Both the position numbers and the translations under genes were made by a program. The notes under the pieces are model-generated. The model did not search any database. It was not told the origin of the DNA and was given only the letters and a program-made list of their open reading frames with translations. From positions 4,536 to 68,535 of the forward strand of contig JAHJIQ010000007.1 in assembly GCA_018823285.1 (NCBI GenBank): 64,000 nt of DNA. Reading direction: 5' to 3'. Each line of letters begins with the position of its first letter. The first letter of the stretch is position 1. Positions 53,050 through 62,735 of this stretch are shown here, in pieces. This DNA is from Pseudomonadota bacterium. Its GTDB lineage: Bacteria; Desulfobacterota; Desulfobulbia; Desulfobulbales; JAGXFP01.

Positions 53050-54578
53050 GCATGCAGAGCGCGGCTTCCCGACAGCTCAGAGGGCCGCTGGGATCCTTGT
53101 CGGCAGGGATGGGCGTGGGCGGGGTTGAGGAAAACAAACTGCCATACGAACACTGCCGGCACCATGGTGCTGATAGCGGCAGTGTTATTCTGGGCGGTGG
53201 TCTGGCTGGACTTGCAGCAGGTCATAGATTAACGGATGCAGGGCACCCGGTTACGGTTATTGAAAAAGGTGGTGCGGTCGGCGGTCTGGCCAGGACCATC
53301 CGGCATGGCGGGTTCAGGTTTGATTTGGGTGGGCACCGTTTTCTCGCCGATAACAAACAGACCATGACCCTTGTTTCGGGGTTGCTTGGTAAAGAGCTGT
53401 TAACGGTGCCGCGGAGCAGCCGGATTTTTATGAACGGCAAATATGTCGATTATCCCTTGAATCCGGTCAATGCTCTTCTCGGTCTGGGGATTTCCACGAC
53501 CACCTCGATTATCTTTGATTACGCCGGAGAAAAAATTCGCCGGCTTATCTCGGCAGGGCCACCCTTGATTTCTCTGGAGGATTGGGTGGTGGCACATTTC
53601 GGCCGGATAATGTTTGAACTCTATTTCAAAGATTACAGTGAAAAGGTCTGGGGGCTTAACTGCAGCCGGATCAGTATGGAATGGGTTGCCAGGCGCATCG
53701 ACGGTCTGTCGCTGTGGAAGGCTGTCAGGCATGCGCTCTTCAGGCTGAAGAGCAACGGATACAAGACACTGACCGATCATTTTGTTTACCCACGGCTCGG
53801 CATCGGGGTGCTTTCGGACCGGTTGCAGGAGCGTATCGTTTGCAGCAATCAGGTAAGGGTCGGCTCCGAAGTCCGTGAAGTATATCGTACAGACCGGGAG
53901 ATCACCGGAATAGAGGTGCAGGATAGCGGGGGCATGTCACTGGTTCGCGGCAGCAATTATCTTTCCAGTATCCCGTTAACCGTGCTCGTCCGGAAGATGC
54001 GCCCCAAACCGCCGCCTGAAGTGCTGGCGGCGGTGGACCGGATCAGTTTCCGCTCCCTGGTTGTTGTCGCAGTCATGCTGCGCAGGAAGAGGGTGACGGA
54101 TCTGACCTGGCTCTATTTTCCCGGCAAGGAGATCCCGTTCGGCAGAATCCACGAACCGACCAACTGGAGTGCGGCAATGGCCCCGGCGGGGCAGACCCAT
54201 CTGGTGATTGAGTATTTCTGTGATCAGGGCGATCATGTCTGGAATGCATCGGATGAAAAGCTGGTTACTGAAACATCAGAGCAGTTGCAGCGACTGGGGT
54301 TCATCAACTCCCGGGAAGTGATTGACAGTCGTGTCCTGAAGGTTCCCCACGCCTACCCGGTGTTCAGCGTTGATTATCAGAAGCACCTGCGGGTGGTGAC
54401 CGACTGGCTGGAACGCTTTGAAAACCTGCACCTCATCGGCCGGAGCGGCCGGTACAGCTACCTGAACATGGACCATGCGATGGAAAGCGGCATCAAAGCG
54501 GCCGGGAAAGTCCTGCAACGCTCCGGAGCGCATTTGAGTATGCCGGAACGAATAGCCGCCTGTCCGTGTCGCGTATAA
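53046..54578 (+). CDS. FAD-dependent oxidoreductase (amine-oxidase/phytoene-desaturase-like fold)
   Basis: Dinucleotide-binding VILGGGLAGLAAG...VTVIEKGGAVGG. The true start may lie downstream of 53046. Confidence 0.7.
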   Translation: MSMQSAASRQLRGPLGSLSAGMGVGGVEENKLPYEHCRHHGADSGSVILGGGLAGLAAGHRLTDAGHPVTVIEKGGAVGGLARTIRHGGFRFDLGGHRFLADNKQTMTLVSGLLGKELLTVPRSSRIFMNGKYVDYPLNPVNALLGLGISTTTSIIFDYAGEKIRRLISAGPPLISLEDWVVAHFGRIMFELYFKDYSEKVWGLNCSRISMEWVARRIDGLSLWKAVRHALFRLKSNGYKTLTDHFVYPRLGIGVLSDRLQERIVCSNQVRVGSEVREVYRTDREITGIEVQDSGGMSLVRGSNYLSSIPLTVLVRKMRPKPPPEVLAAVDRISFRSLVVVAVMLRRKRVTDLTWLYFPGKEIPFGRIHEPTNWSAAMAPAGQTHLVIEYFCDQGDHVWNASDEKLVTETSEQLQRLGFINSREVIDSRVLKVPHAYPVFSVDYQKHLRVVTDWLERFENLHLIGRSGRYSYLNMDHAMESGIKAAGKVLQRSGAHLSMPERIAACPCRV

Positions 54579-54590
54579 TCGGGTGAGTCA

Positions 54591-56105
54591 ATGAAATGCT
54601 TGCTGATCATTCCTGCCTGGCAACCGGAAGAAATTTTTCCGACCAGAACCGCCGCATCCCAGATCAATTACTGGCAGCCTCTGGGGACGCTCTATGTTGC
54701 TTCTGCTTTGCAGCAGGCAGGCCATGAGGTGGCGTTTCTGAACGGGGCCTTTCTGACCCGTGCGGAAATCCTCAATGCGGTTGGTCTGGCTAGGCCGGAG
54801 TTTGTCGGACTCTACTCTACCGCTTTCGGCTGGCCGAAAGCGATGCTGGCAGCGCAGGAGATCAGGGAGATTCTGCCCGAGGTGTTTATCGCAGTGGGCG
54901 GACCGTATCCGGTTGCGGTCCGGGAAAAATGTCTGGAGGATTGCCCGGATGTCGATGCGGTGGTCACCGGTGAAGGTGAAGTGACGGTGGTCGAAATGGT
55001 CAACCGTTTTGCGGCGGGCAGGGATCTGGCCGAGGTCGCCGGTCTCGTCTGGCGGCTGAATGATTCAATAATCTGCAACGCTCCCCGGCCGCTCTGCACC
55101 AATCTTGACACTCTGGCTTTTCCCGCCCGGGAACTGCTTGGTGAAGCGGGCAGATATATTCCGCCACCCGCAACTTACAAGCGTAAACCGGTGGCGGTGG
55201 TCATGACTTCCAGGGGCTGTGATCACCATTGTATCTACTGCTTCCAGATGGACAGAAGGCGGAAGAGCGGGATCAGATATCGCAGTATCGACAACGTGAT
55301 GGCGGAGATCGAGCTGTGTCTCTCCCAGGGCTATCGGGAGATCAAGTTCATCGATGAAACCCTGGCCGGCGATTACGACCGGGCGATGCAACTGACCACC
55401 GAGATTCATAAACGGGGGCTTGATTTCAGCTGGTTTGCCTCGGCAAGGGTCGATCAGGTTGATAAACCCCTGCTCCGGGCCTTTAAAAAGGCGGGCTGCT
55501 GGGCGATCCTGCTGGGGGCGGAGAGCGGGGTCCAGAAGAACCTTGATACGATCAGAAAGGGGATCACCCTGGAGCAGATCCGCGGGGCGGTTGCGGCGGC
55601 CAGGGAGGCCGGGCTCAAGGTCTTTACCCCGTTTCTGTTCGGTCTGCCCGGCGAGACATTCGCCGAAGGGCTCAGGACCATCAAGTTCGCCTGTGATCTC
55701 AATCCCGATGTGGCGAATTTCCATTGCCTGACACCATTTCCGGGCACCGAACTCCACGACCGTCTTGAGAAATACGGAACGGTTTCCGGGAACCTCGGCG
55801 ATTATACCTATCAGGGCGCTGCGTTTACCCCGTTTACTATGGGCAGAGGCGATATCACCAGATTGCGGCGGATCGCCTTCAAATCTTTCTATTCCCGGCC
55901 GCGCTTTCTCCTCCGCCGTTTTATCGGGATCAGAAGCGTGAACGACCTGCGGGCCGCTTTCACCGGAATCCGGAGTCTGTTCTGGATCTGGCTCTCTGAG
56001 GGAGTGTTTCAGCGAAGAGGGGTTGCCGGGGAAAAGAAACCGTCATCGGCAACTATCACAACCGGAGATATTCCTTCAGCAGGGCGGGGTATTGTCCAGG
56101 GTTGA
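54591..56105 (+). CDS. B12-binding-domain radical SAM enzyme
   Basis: N-terminal cobalamin-binding-like domain, then a radical SAM CxxxCxxC motif (SRGCDHHCIYCF). Confidence 0.8.
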   Translation: MKCLLIIPAWQPEEIFPTRTAASQINYWQPLGTLYVASALQQAGHEVAFLNGAFLTRAEILNAVGLARPEFVGLYSTAFGWPKAMLAAQEIREILPEVFIAVGGPYPVAVREKCLEDCPDVDAVVTGEGEVTVVEMVNRFAAGRDLAEVAGLVWRLNDSIICNAPRPLCTNLDTLAFPARELLGEAGRYIPPPATYKRKPVAVVMTSRGCDHHCIYCFQMDRRRKSGIRYRSIDNVMAEIELCLSQGYREIKFIDETLAGDYDRAMQLTTEIHKRGLDFSWFASARVDQVDKPLLRAFKKAGCWAILLGAESGVQKNLDTIRKGITLEQIRGAVAAAREAGLKVFTPFLFGLPGETFAEGLRTIKFACDLNPDVANFHCLTPFPGTELHDRLEKYGTVSGNLGDYTYQGAAFTPFTMGRGDITRLRRIAFKSFYSRPRFLLRRFIGIRSVNDLRAAFTGIRSLFWIWLSEGVFQRRGVAGEKKPSSATITTGDIPSAGRGIVQG

Positions 56106-57132
56106 AGAGGATGTTCATCATCATGTTGCATTCGTGGGTGCAGCAGCAACCCCGTTGCCGGATGGCGGCAAGGGTGTCAGTGCTTCTCCGGTCTTCGAGA
56201 ATCCTCATGAGATCATAGCCGTCGTCTCTGACATTGCCGAGTTTATCGGCAAATGATTCACACGGGTACACGTCGCCTGTTTCCGTTACAACCAGACTTA
56301 ATTTTCCGGCAAGGCAGGGGAGCTGCGCTTTATTCTCGGTCGCGGTTTTATGGATCAGCCTGCGCTGGATAATGTCCTGGGCCGCCTTCAAGCGACCGCC
56401 CCTGAAGCGGTATCCACCATCCTGCGAATTTTTCATGTTGGTTGCGAGAAGTTCCACGGCGTTTTTGTACTTGTCCGGATCGACTGTTTTCAGAGAGCTT
56501 TCCGCCACCTCGCCTCTGATCAGGGAAATAGTGTGGACCCTGATCTGCTTAAGGTTCTGAACCAGCCGGATCGTTTCCTCTATCCGGTCCTGGTTTGTCG
56601 CGCAGAACACCGTGTTGATCCCCAGCTCGAAATGGGCATATTGACTTAAAAGCGGTGCGAGAGACTCATAACAGGACAGCACCTTTTTATAGGCCCCCGC
56701 GACACCACGTAACGCATCATGGATTTCTTCCGGCCCGTCCAGCGAGAGTTTGACCGTGACCACACTGTCCGGGCATCTCTTGAGGATAGCTTCCGTGTCG
56801 TGGTAGATCTTTTCCGGCAACAGACCGTTGGTCGGCAGCAGGATAATCGCGGGTTTGTTCCGGCGGTAGAAAAGTTCCGTTATTGCAACAAGCTCGTCGC
56901 GCAGAAATATTTCACCGCCTGAAAATGCGAGCCAGAGCAGAGTGCCGAGGGACGAAGAGATCTGCTCGATTTCCGGCAGGGAAAGCTCTCTGCCGGAGCT
57001 GATGTGGTCCCGTGAGAGATAAAAGCAGAAAGGGCAACGGGCGTTGCAGCGGCGGGTCAGAAAAAGAGTGAGATGGACTGGTTTTCTCTTCAGGAAAATA
57101 GAATCGATATGTCTGAAAGGGGAATAGGGCAT
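56056..57132 (-). CDS. Radical SAM protein with a SPASM/twitch-like Cys-rich C-terminus
   Basis: TRRCNARCPFCF (CxxxCxxC) and a C-terminal CLAGK...CESF...GCCCTHEC. The 3' end overlaps the convergent B12-rSAM gene by 50 bp. Confidence 0.75.
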   Translation of the reverse strand: MPYSPFRHIDSIFLKRKPVHLTLFLTRRCNARCPFCFYLSRDHISSGRELSLPEIEQISSSLGTLLWLAFSGGEIFLRDELVAITELFYRRNKPAIILLPTNGLLPEKIYHDTEAILKRCPDSVVTVKLSLDGPEEIHDALRGVAGAYKKVLSCYESLAPLLSQYAHFELGINTVFCATNQDRIEETIRLVQNLKQIRVHTISLIRGEVAESSLKTVDPDKYKNAVELLATNMKNSQDGGYRFRGGRLKAAQDIIQRRLIHKTATENKAQLPCLAGKLSLVVTETGDVYPCESFADKLGNVRDDGYDLMRILEDRRSTDTLAAIRQRGCCCTHECNMMMNILFNPGQYPALLKEYLRL

Positions 57133-57138
57133 GTTCGT

Positions 57139-58161
57139 TCACGAAGAGGTCTGCCCGCGGAAGGCGATGCCGGTGAGGGCGCCCGCCCCCACGGCCAGCG
57201 GATAGAGGAGGGTGAAATAAGATGCGGCACCAAGGGCCAGCTTCATTCCGCCGGTGGCATGAAAAAGTTCAAGCATTCCCTGGCAGACCAGCAGGTTGAT
57301 AAAGAGCGGGACCAGAAGGGCTGCCGGGGGAATTGCGTCGGGCATGAGCAACCAGCCGACGGCGAGAAGGGCGAAGACGTGGAAGAGAATGACGGAGATC
57401 TTCAGTTCGAATGAAGCGGTGCCGGAATCGGTCAGCAGATCTTTGTGCAGGAGTGAATATCTGGTCCAGAACTTGGCCTTCCGGTAACCGTTGGCCATGG
57501 AGCTCGCCAGGGAAAACCCGAAGAAATGGCGGACCAGAATTTCCGGACGCATCCGTAATCGGCAGCCCTGTTGTTTGAGTCGGTGGCTGAATTCCACATC
57601 TTCGAGAATGGGCAGGAAATCCTCTCGAAACCCGCCTGAGTTCCGGAACGTCGAGGCGTCAAGGGCCATGGCGTGGGTTGCGATATAATCCGGATTTTCT
57701 GGATTCTTCAGTTCGGAATAATGGATGAACACCGACTGGAACAGGCTGAAGAAACCGGGGTCATGCGGTCTGCAGGTATAAGTGCCGCCGATGATGGTGT
57801 GAGGTTCCGCAAGGAGAACCGCCTGCTCCGCCAGGGTCAGGGTTTCGGGCAGGACCAGGCAGTCGCTATCGGTGAAGAAGAGGGTCCGACCGCGGCTGTT
57901 CCGGGCGCCCAGGTTTCTGGCCGCCGCGGCACCGCCATGCGCGTCCATTCTGATCAGACGGCAGGGGTATTCCTTGATTATGGCGACGGAGTTGTCGGAG
58001 GAGCAGTCATCGACCACGATGATCTCATAAGAGTCATGGTGTGAAGCGAGGAGGGCCTCCAGGCAGAGAGCGATGGTCTCGGCGCCATTGTGGTTGGGAA
58101 CAATCACTGAGACCCGGCATTCCCCGGCGATTTCTTTTTTTATGTGAACTGGATCCGTCAT
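57139..58161 (-). CDS. GT2-family glycosyltransferase with C-terminal TM helices
   Basis: VSVIVPNHNGAETI...IIVVDDCSSDNS...FTDSDC (DxD region). Hydrophobic C-terminal third. Confidence 0.8.
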   Translation of the reverse strand: MTDPVHIKKEIAGECRVSVIVPNHNGAETIALCLEALLASHHDSYEIIVVDDCSSDNSVAIIKEYPCRLIRMDAHGGAAAARNLGARNSRGRTLFFTDSDCLVLPETLTLAEQAVLLAEPHTIIGGTYTCRPHDPGFFSLFQSVFIHYSELKNPENPDYIATHAMALDASTFRNSGGFREDFLPILEDVEFSHRLKQQGCRLRMRPEILVRHFFGFSLASSMANGYRKAKFWTRYSLLHKDLLTDSGTASFELKISVILFHVFALLAVGWLLMPDAIPPAALLVPLFINLLVCQGMLELFHATGGMKLALGAASYFTLLYPLAVGAGALTGIAFRGQTSS

Positions 58162-58295
58162 TTTTCTAGCGGTGCCCTGCTCTCCGTTCTATCGTTCTGG
58201 CCGGTTCCGGCCATCTCTTTTTCTCATGTTGTCCGATTTGGGACAATCCTTCTCACTAAAATGCCTGTAAGGCTGTAATTCCACGAAATCAAGAG

Positions 58296-58311
58296 TGGTA
58301 TGCATATTGCT
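58296..58311 (+). promoter_or_regulatory. Sigma-54 (-24/-12) promoter upstream of the rhodanese gene
   Basis: TGGTAT-GCATA-TTGCT with exact GG-N10-GC spacing, 95 nt upstream of ATG 58406. Confidence 0.6.
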
Positions 58312-58405
58312 ACATTCAAGTTGCGTACCTGAAATCCCGGAAGATCTGGAAATGATGAAAAACAGATCCATATCATCTTTAGGGCAACCCAATGGAGGAA
58401 AGTTT

Positions 58406-59443
58406 ATGAAATTGAAATTGAAAGTGTTGTTAACAGTCACGGCGTTTGTGATTACTTGTGCTGGAACCGCTATGGCAGCCCAGTGGGCCAACCCGGAACT
58501 TCTGGTTGATGCTGCGACTGTAAAGGAAAATATCGACAAGCCGGACTGGGTGGTGGTCGATACCCGCGAGCTTAAAGATTATGTACAGGGCCACATCCCC
58601 GGGGCGATCAGTCTCGGCAAGCCCGGCAAAAGCGCTTTTCGTGATCCGACGGCCAGGGTGTTTCAGGATGTCGGCAAGTATGAAAGCATGCTGGGTAAAG
58701 CGGGTATCGGCAACGATACCCATGTGGTTTTCTATCATGGTGATCTGAAGACCCTGAATGACGCCACGGTTGGTTTCTGGGTCATGGAATATCTCGGCCA
58801 TGATAAAGTCCATGTGCTTGATGGCGGTCTCGAGGCATGGCGGAAGGCGGGGAACAGGCTTGACAAGGAGCCGACCATCAAAGCGGCCACAACCTTCAAG
58901 GCCAATGTCGTTCCAAGCCGCTACGCATCAACCGCTGAAATAGTCGCAATTGCCAATGGCCAGACCAAGGGGGTCCAGCTGATCGATTCACGGACGGAAA
59001 AGGAGTATGACGGCAGTGATATGCGCGCGTTGAACGGCGGCCATATCCCGGGTGCGGTGAGTATTTCCCATCTGACCACCCTGGTCAAGGTGAAAGACAC
59101 AAAGACCGGCAAGATGAAAGAGACCGATGTCTACACCGCTGACTCAACGGGAAAACTCTTTGACTCTTTCGACAAAAACAAGCGAACCATCGCCTATTGT
59201 CAGACCGGAACCCGTTCCACCCTCACCTATCTGCAGCTCCGGCTGATGGGATTCAAAGAACCCGCCAATTGGGACGACTCGTGGCGGGTGTACGGTTCCG
59301 ACTTGCATGCTGCGAACCTTATCGAGGCACCTAATGGCGTCCAGTGGTACAATTTCGACAAGGTCAACAAATCCATAAAGGATCTGGAGAAAAAGGTAGA
59401 GGCATTGGAGGCACAGGTAAAGAAATTGTCGGGAGGAAAATAA
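58406..59443 (+). CDS. Exported tandem-rhodanese sulfurtransferase with a C-terminal coiled-coil
   Basis: Signal peptide MKLKLKVLLTVTAFVITCAGTAMA/AQ, two rhodanese domains, an active-site loop CQTGTRST, and a C-terminus KSIKDLEKKVEALEAQVKKL. RBS ggagga. The tracked start 58295 is upstream of the RBS. Confidence 0.8.
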   Translation: MKLKLKVLLTVTAFVITCAGTAMAAQWANPELLVDAATVKENIDKPDWVVVDTRELKDYVQGHIPGAISLGKPGKSAFRDPTARVFQDVGKYESMLGKAGIGNDTHVVFYHGDLKTLNDATVGFWVMEYLGHDKVHVLDGGLEAWRKAGNRLDKEPTIKAATTFKANVVPSRYASTAEIVAIANGQTKGVQLIDSRTEKEYDGSDMRALNGGHIPGAVSISHLTTLVKVKDTKTGKMKETDVYTADSTGKLFDSFDKNKRTIAYCQTGTRSTLTYLQLRLMGFKEPANWDDSWRVYGSDLHAANLIEAPNGVQWYNFDKVNKSIKDLEKKVEALEAQVKKLSGGK

Positions 59444-59787
59444 GGCAGTAAATCAATAAGGGTGAATTTGATTATGGTATCCCTGCTTTTTTTGCTTTTC
59501 CCTAACAGTTATTTTGCAAAAATTAAATTGTTTACTAGCCACACTCTGTGGTAGACGTATTCTGGTAATCATTGATTCTTGAGCATCAATGACTGCATGG
59601 GAACGTGTTAGCGGCACACTGGTATTCTTGCCTGGGCTATTTGAGCCGGAAAGAATTTGAAAGAATTTGAAAGAATATGGCTATGAAAAAGCAGCTGAGG
59701 AGGAGAAGGTTAATTTTTACCGGATTGCGTTGAATGAGTGGGCAATTGTATGCAGTTAACAACTAACATAAAAAGTGGAGAAATACC

Positions 59788-61539
59788 ATGGCGCAAAAAG
59801 ATGCAAATGTTGTTGTTGACAGCGGCCAAAGCCGCTGGTCGGACCTCTGGACCAAAGAAGATTATCTGGCTATCTGGCTCGGCTTTATAGTTGTTGCGGT
59901 GTGTCTGGTTGCGTATCTGGGATATTATCCGAAAGCAGATTACACCCAGAAGATCGATGCCGCAAAACAGATAAAAACCACTGAAGCGAGCCGGGCCCCA
60001 TTCAAAACCATTGCCTGGCACAAAGCTGCCGGCGATGCAAAAAAACTTAAAGCCTCCAAAGACATGGCCTTTGGCAAATTCATATCCCACTGGACGAAAC
60101 ACCCCGGTTCATGGAAAACGAATCCGCTTGATGCCTTTATCATGACGGAAGCGCAAGCCAATGCCAAGAATGAAAAGGCGATGCCCGCCTATGAAGAGGC
60201 AAAGGCAAAAGCTGCAGCAAAATTGAGCGAGGCCAAGTCGGCCGAAGACGCTGCCGCCGGCGCCTCCTTTAAGGATCCGGCCCTCAATGATGCCGCCAAG
60301 GCCAAAATTGCCGACTGGCAGGCGGCAGAGAAAAAATCCTCATCTGCAAAAGCAAAGACAGCCAATAAACCTTACAACTACATCCCAACCCTGATCGGTC
60401 TGTGCGTTTTCATGATCATTTTCTTTGGTATCGGAGTGGCGATGATGGGTGAGAGTGTTCCCGGTTTTGGTACAGGATTCGTTGTCGTTTTCCTGGTTGC
60501 GGTATTGGCCTACATGCTTGGGGGGCAGTCCATTTCCAAGCAATATGGTTTTGGGGCGGAAGCATGGGCTGTTTTGCTTGGTATGGTGATTGCCAACACG
60601 ATGGGCACACCCAAGTGGGCGCTGCCTGCCTGTAAAGTGGAGTTTTTTATTAAAACCGGACTCGTGCTGCTTGGTGCGGAAGTCCTCTTCAGCAAGATCA
60701 TGTCCATAGGCATTCCCGGAATTTTTGTTGCCTGGGTGGTTACCCCGATTGTTTTGATAGGTACTTTTATTTTCGGGCAGACGGTTGTCAAGATGCCTTC
60801 AAAAACGCTCAACATTGTTATTTCCGCCGACATGTCGGTCTGTGGTACATCGGCTGCGATTGCGGCAGCCGCAGCCTGCAGGGCGAAAAAAGAGGAGCTG
60901 ACCCTGTCCATCGGCCTGTCCCTGGTCTTCACCGCAATCATGATGATTGCCATGCCGGCATTCATCAAGGCAGTCGGGATGCCGGAAATTCTGGGCGGGG
61001 CCTGGATGGGCGGGACGATTGACGCCACCGGGGCGGTTGCCGCCGCCGGGGCCTTCCTTGGTGAAAAAGCCCTGTATGTGGCAGCAACCATCAAAATGAT
61101 CCAGAACGTCATGATTGGCGTCAGCGCCTTCTTTATCGCTCTCTACTGGTGCATGAAGGTGGAAGCGGACGAATGTAATCGGCCGACTGTAGGCGTTGGT
61201 GAGATCTGGCACCGTTTCCCTAAGTTCGTGATTGGCTTTCTTGCCGCATCTATCCTGTTTTCGCTTCTTGACAGTAATCTGGGGAAAGATATGAGCGGCG
61301 CTCTCATCGACCAGGGAGTTGTCCGCGGTGGAACCCGTCTTCTGCGCAGTTGGTTCTTCGCCCTGTCCTTCGCTGCTATCGGCCTTTCCACCAACTTTCG
61401 GGAACTTTCAAAATATTTTAAGGGAGGCAAGCCGCTGATCCTTTACGTTTGTGGTCAGAGTTTCAATCTGGTCCTTACTCTTACGATGGCCTATATCATG
61501 TTTTATCTGGTATTTCCCGAAATCACCGCCAACATTTAA
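59788..61539 (+). CDS. YeiH/UPF0324-family membrane transporter (putative sulfate-exporter family) with a ~190-aa N-terminal extension
   Basis: Core region with ISADMSVCGTSAAIAAAAA, typical of the family. The N-terminal extension has one TM and an Ala/Lys/Glu-rich segment. Confidence 0.65.
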   Translation: MAQKDANVVVDSGQSRWSDLWTKEDYLAIWLGFIVVAVCLVAYLGYYPKADYTQKIDAAKQIKTTEASRAPFKTIAWHKAAGDAKKLKASKDMAFGKFISHWTKHPGSWKTNPLDAFIMTEAQANAKNEKAMPAYEEAKAKAAAKLSEAKSAEDAAAGASFKDPALNDAAKAKIADWQAAEKKSSSAKAKTANKPYNYIPTLIGLCVFMIIFFGIGVAMMGESVPGFGTGFVVVFLVAVLAYMLGGQSISKQYGFGAEAWAVLLGMVIANTMGTPKWALPACKVEFFIKTGLVLLGAEVLFSKIMSIGIPGIFVAWVVTPIVLIGTFIFGQTVVKMPSKTLNIVISADMSVCGTSAAIAAAAACRAKKEELTLSIGLSLVFTAIMMIAMPAFIKAVGMPEILGGAWMGGTIDATGAVAAAGAFLGEKALYVAATIKMIQNVMIGVSAFFIALYWCMKVEADECNRPTVGVGEIWHRFPKFVIGFLAASILFSLLDSNLGKDMSGALIDQGVVRGGTRLLRSWFFALSFAAIGLSTNFRELSKYFKGGKPLILYVCGQSFNLVLTLTMAYIMFYLVFPEITANI

Positions 61540-61558
61540 CGGTACCCGTTAAACTACT

Positions 61559-61584
61559 GAACCGGGGGGTATTCCTCCCGGTTC
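61559..61584 (+). terminator. Hairpin after the yeiH-like gene (no U-tract)
   Basis: 10-bp stem GAACCGGGGG / CCTCCCGGTTC-type with a 6-nt loop, 20 nt after the stop. The lack of a T-run lowers confidence. Confidence 0.3.
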
Positions 61585-61595
61585 AGTTCCGGAAT

Positions 61596-61934
61596 ATGAA
61601 GCCCACAGACCACAAAAGCATGCTGCAAAGATTGCGTCTATTCTGCCTTGTTCTTGGCGCTGCACTGGTGTTTGTATATGTGTTTTTACCGTATCTGACC
61701 AACTCAGTCGGCATCCTTAAGCGGATGTCCGTTTATCTCGATGAGAATGGAATCGATCCCACCCGTTACTATTACACCGATGTTGAACAGGTTGAAGAGG
61801 CCGAACAGTACCTGCAGTCTGTCCTTGAGGTGACCAGCCGGGAGGCGGGTCTCCTCCGGCTGAGGCTGACAGGTTTTCCCGGCTCACCACTCAACCGCCT
61901 GAGGGGCAAAAGTGATTCGGGCGGCAGCAAATGA
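61596..61934 (+). CDS. Hypothetical small membrane protein
   Basis: MKPTDHKSMLQRLRLFCLVLGAALVFVYVFLPYL... with one TM. Internal ATG of the tracked ORF 61449..61934. Confidence 0.4.
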   Translation: MKPTDHKSMLQRLRLFCLVLGAALVFVYVFLPYLTNSVGILKRMSVYLDENGIDPTRYYYTDVEQVEEAEQYLQSVLEVTSREAGLLRLRLTGFPGSPLNRLRGKSDSGGSK

Positions 61935-61978
61935 AAGCCTCCGCTCTTTCTTGATGACCCAGTTCCGCTCACTTCGGC

Positions 61979-62614
61979 ATGATAGAGACAGAGCAGCCAT
62001 CTCCGGTGGTGACGTTTATTCGAAACTCCATGGAAAATAAAAAGAATCTACTTTTCAACTACGAGCAATCCCTGGCTCGCCAGCTCGCTGGTCGGATAAT
62101 CGACAAACCCGCTCCTGATATCTGGATGATATTCATCCCGATTCTTTTCGTTTTCCACATATGGAAGGTCAGACAATATTCTCATGCGGTCAATGCTTTT
62201 GTAGAGAACCATCTCACCTCAAGGCGTCGCGCCCTTGAAATCGCGTTTGAAGCCCTGCAAAACGGCAATCCGCCGACGATTGATCTCCTGGTGGAAAAAG
62301 CAGGCGATATCCCATCCAGTGCCAAACCCCTGTACCGTAAGTGGTTGTCGCTTCTTGTCGATCACTACACCGGCCTTCTGGTTGCGTCCGGAGAGAGTCA
62401 TCAAGAGTTGAAGAGAGACTGTTATCGCGATAAGGACAGTTATCTGCAGTTCTGCCATGCACTCAATGAGAGTGAAAAAGCTTTTAATGCTGCGTTATTG
62501 CCCGTCATCGAGGGCGATCAACAGGATATTCACTGCATTCTCGACAGGATTAATGAGAACATTGCCGCCCTTCGGTTCCGGGAAGTTGAGGAGATTTTCG
62601 GTTCAGCCGATTGA
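61979..62614 (+). CDS. Hypothetical protein with one central TM segment
   Basis: 211-aa ORF (PDIWMIFIPILFVFHIW). No recognised family. Confidence 0.4.
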   Translation: MIETEQPSPVVTFIRNSMENKKNLLFNYEQSLARQLAGRIIDKPAPDIWMIFIPILFVFHIWKVRQYSHAVNAFVENHLTSRRRALEIAFEALQNGNPPTIDLLVEKAGDIPSSAKPLYRKWLSLLVDHYTGLLVASGESHQELKRDCYRDKDSYLQFCHALNESEKAFNAALLPVIEGDQQDIHCILDRINENIAALRFREVEEIFGSAD

Positions 62615-62735
62615 ACAGGGGGCGTGGTGGCGGAGAAAGCCGGCGCCAGCGAAAAACATTCAGGAGCCATACATTGTGCCGTTGCCCGAGATTTTTTTAT
62701 TTTCATAAACTCCGGCAGGGGCAGGTGGCGGCGGG

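Noticed and set aside
53046-58161. Naming the FAD-oxidoreductase/B12-rSAM/rSAM/GT2 genes as hopanoid hpnE/hpnJ/hpnH/hpnI
   Set aside because: The domain types are compatible, but no squalene-hopene cyclase or hpnCD genes are in the window, and I cannot verify family membership without profile searches. The genes are left with generic calls.
59600-59625. GGCAC...CTTGC upstream of the yeiH-like gene as a sigma-54 promoter
   Set aside because: The spacing between the GG and GC elements does not fit (too long from one GG, too short from the other).
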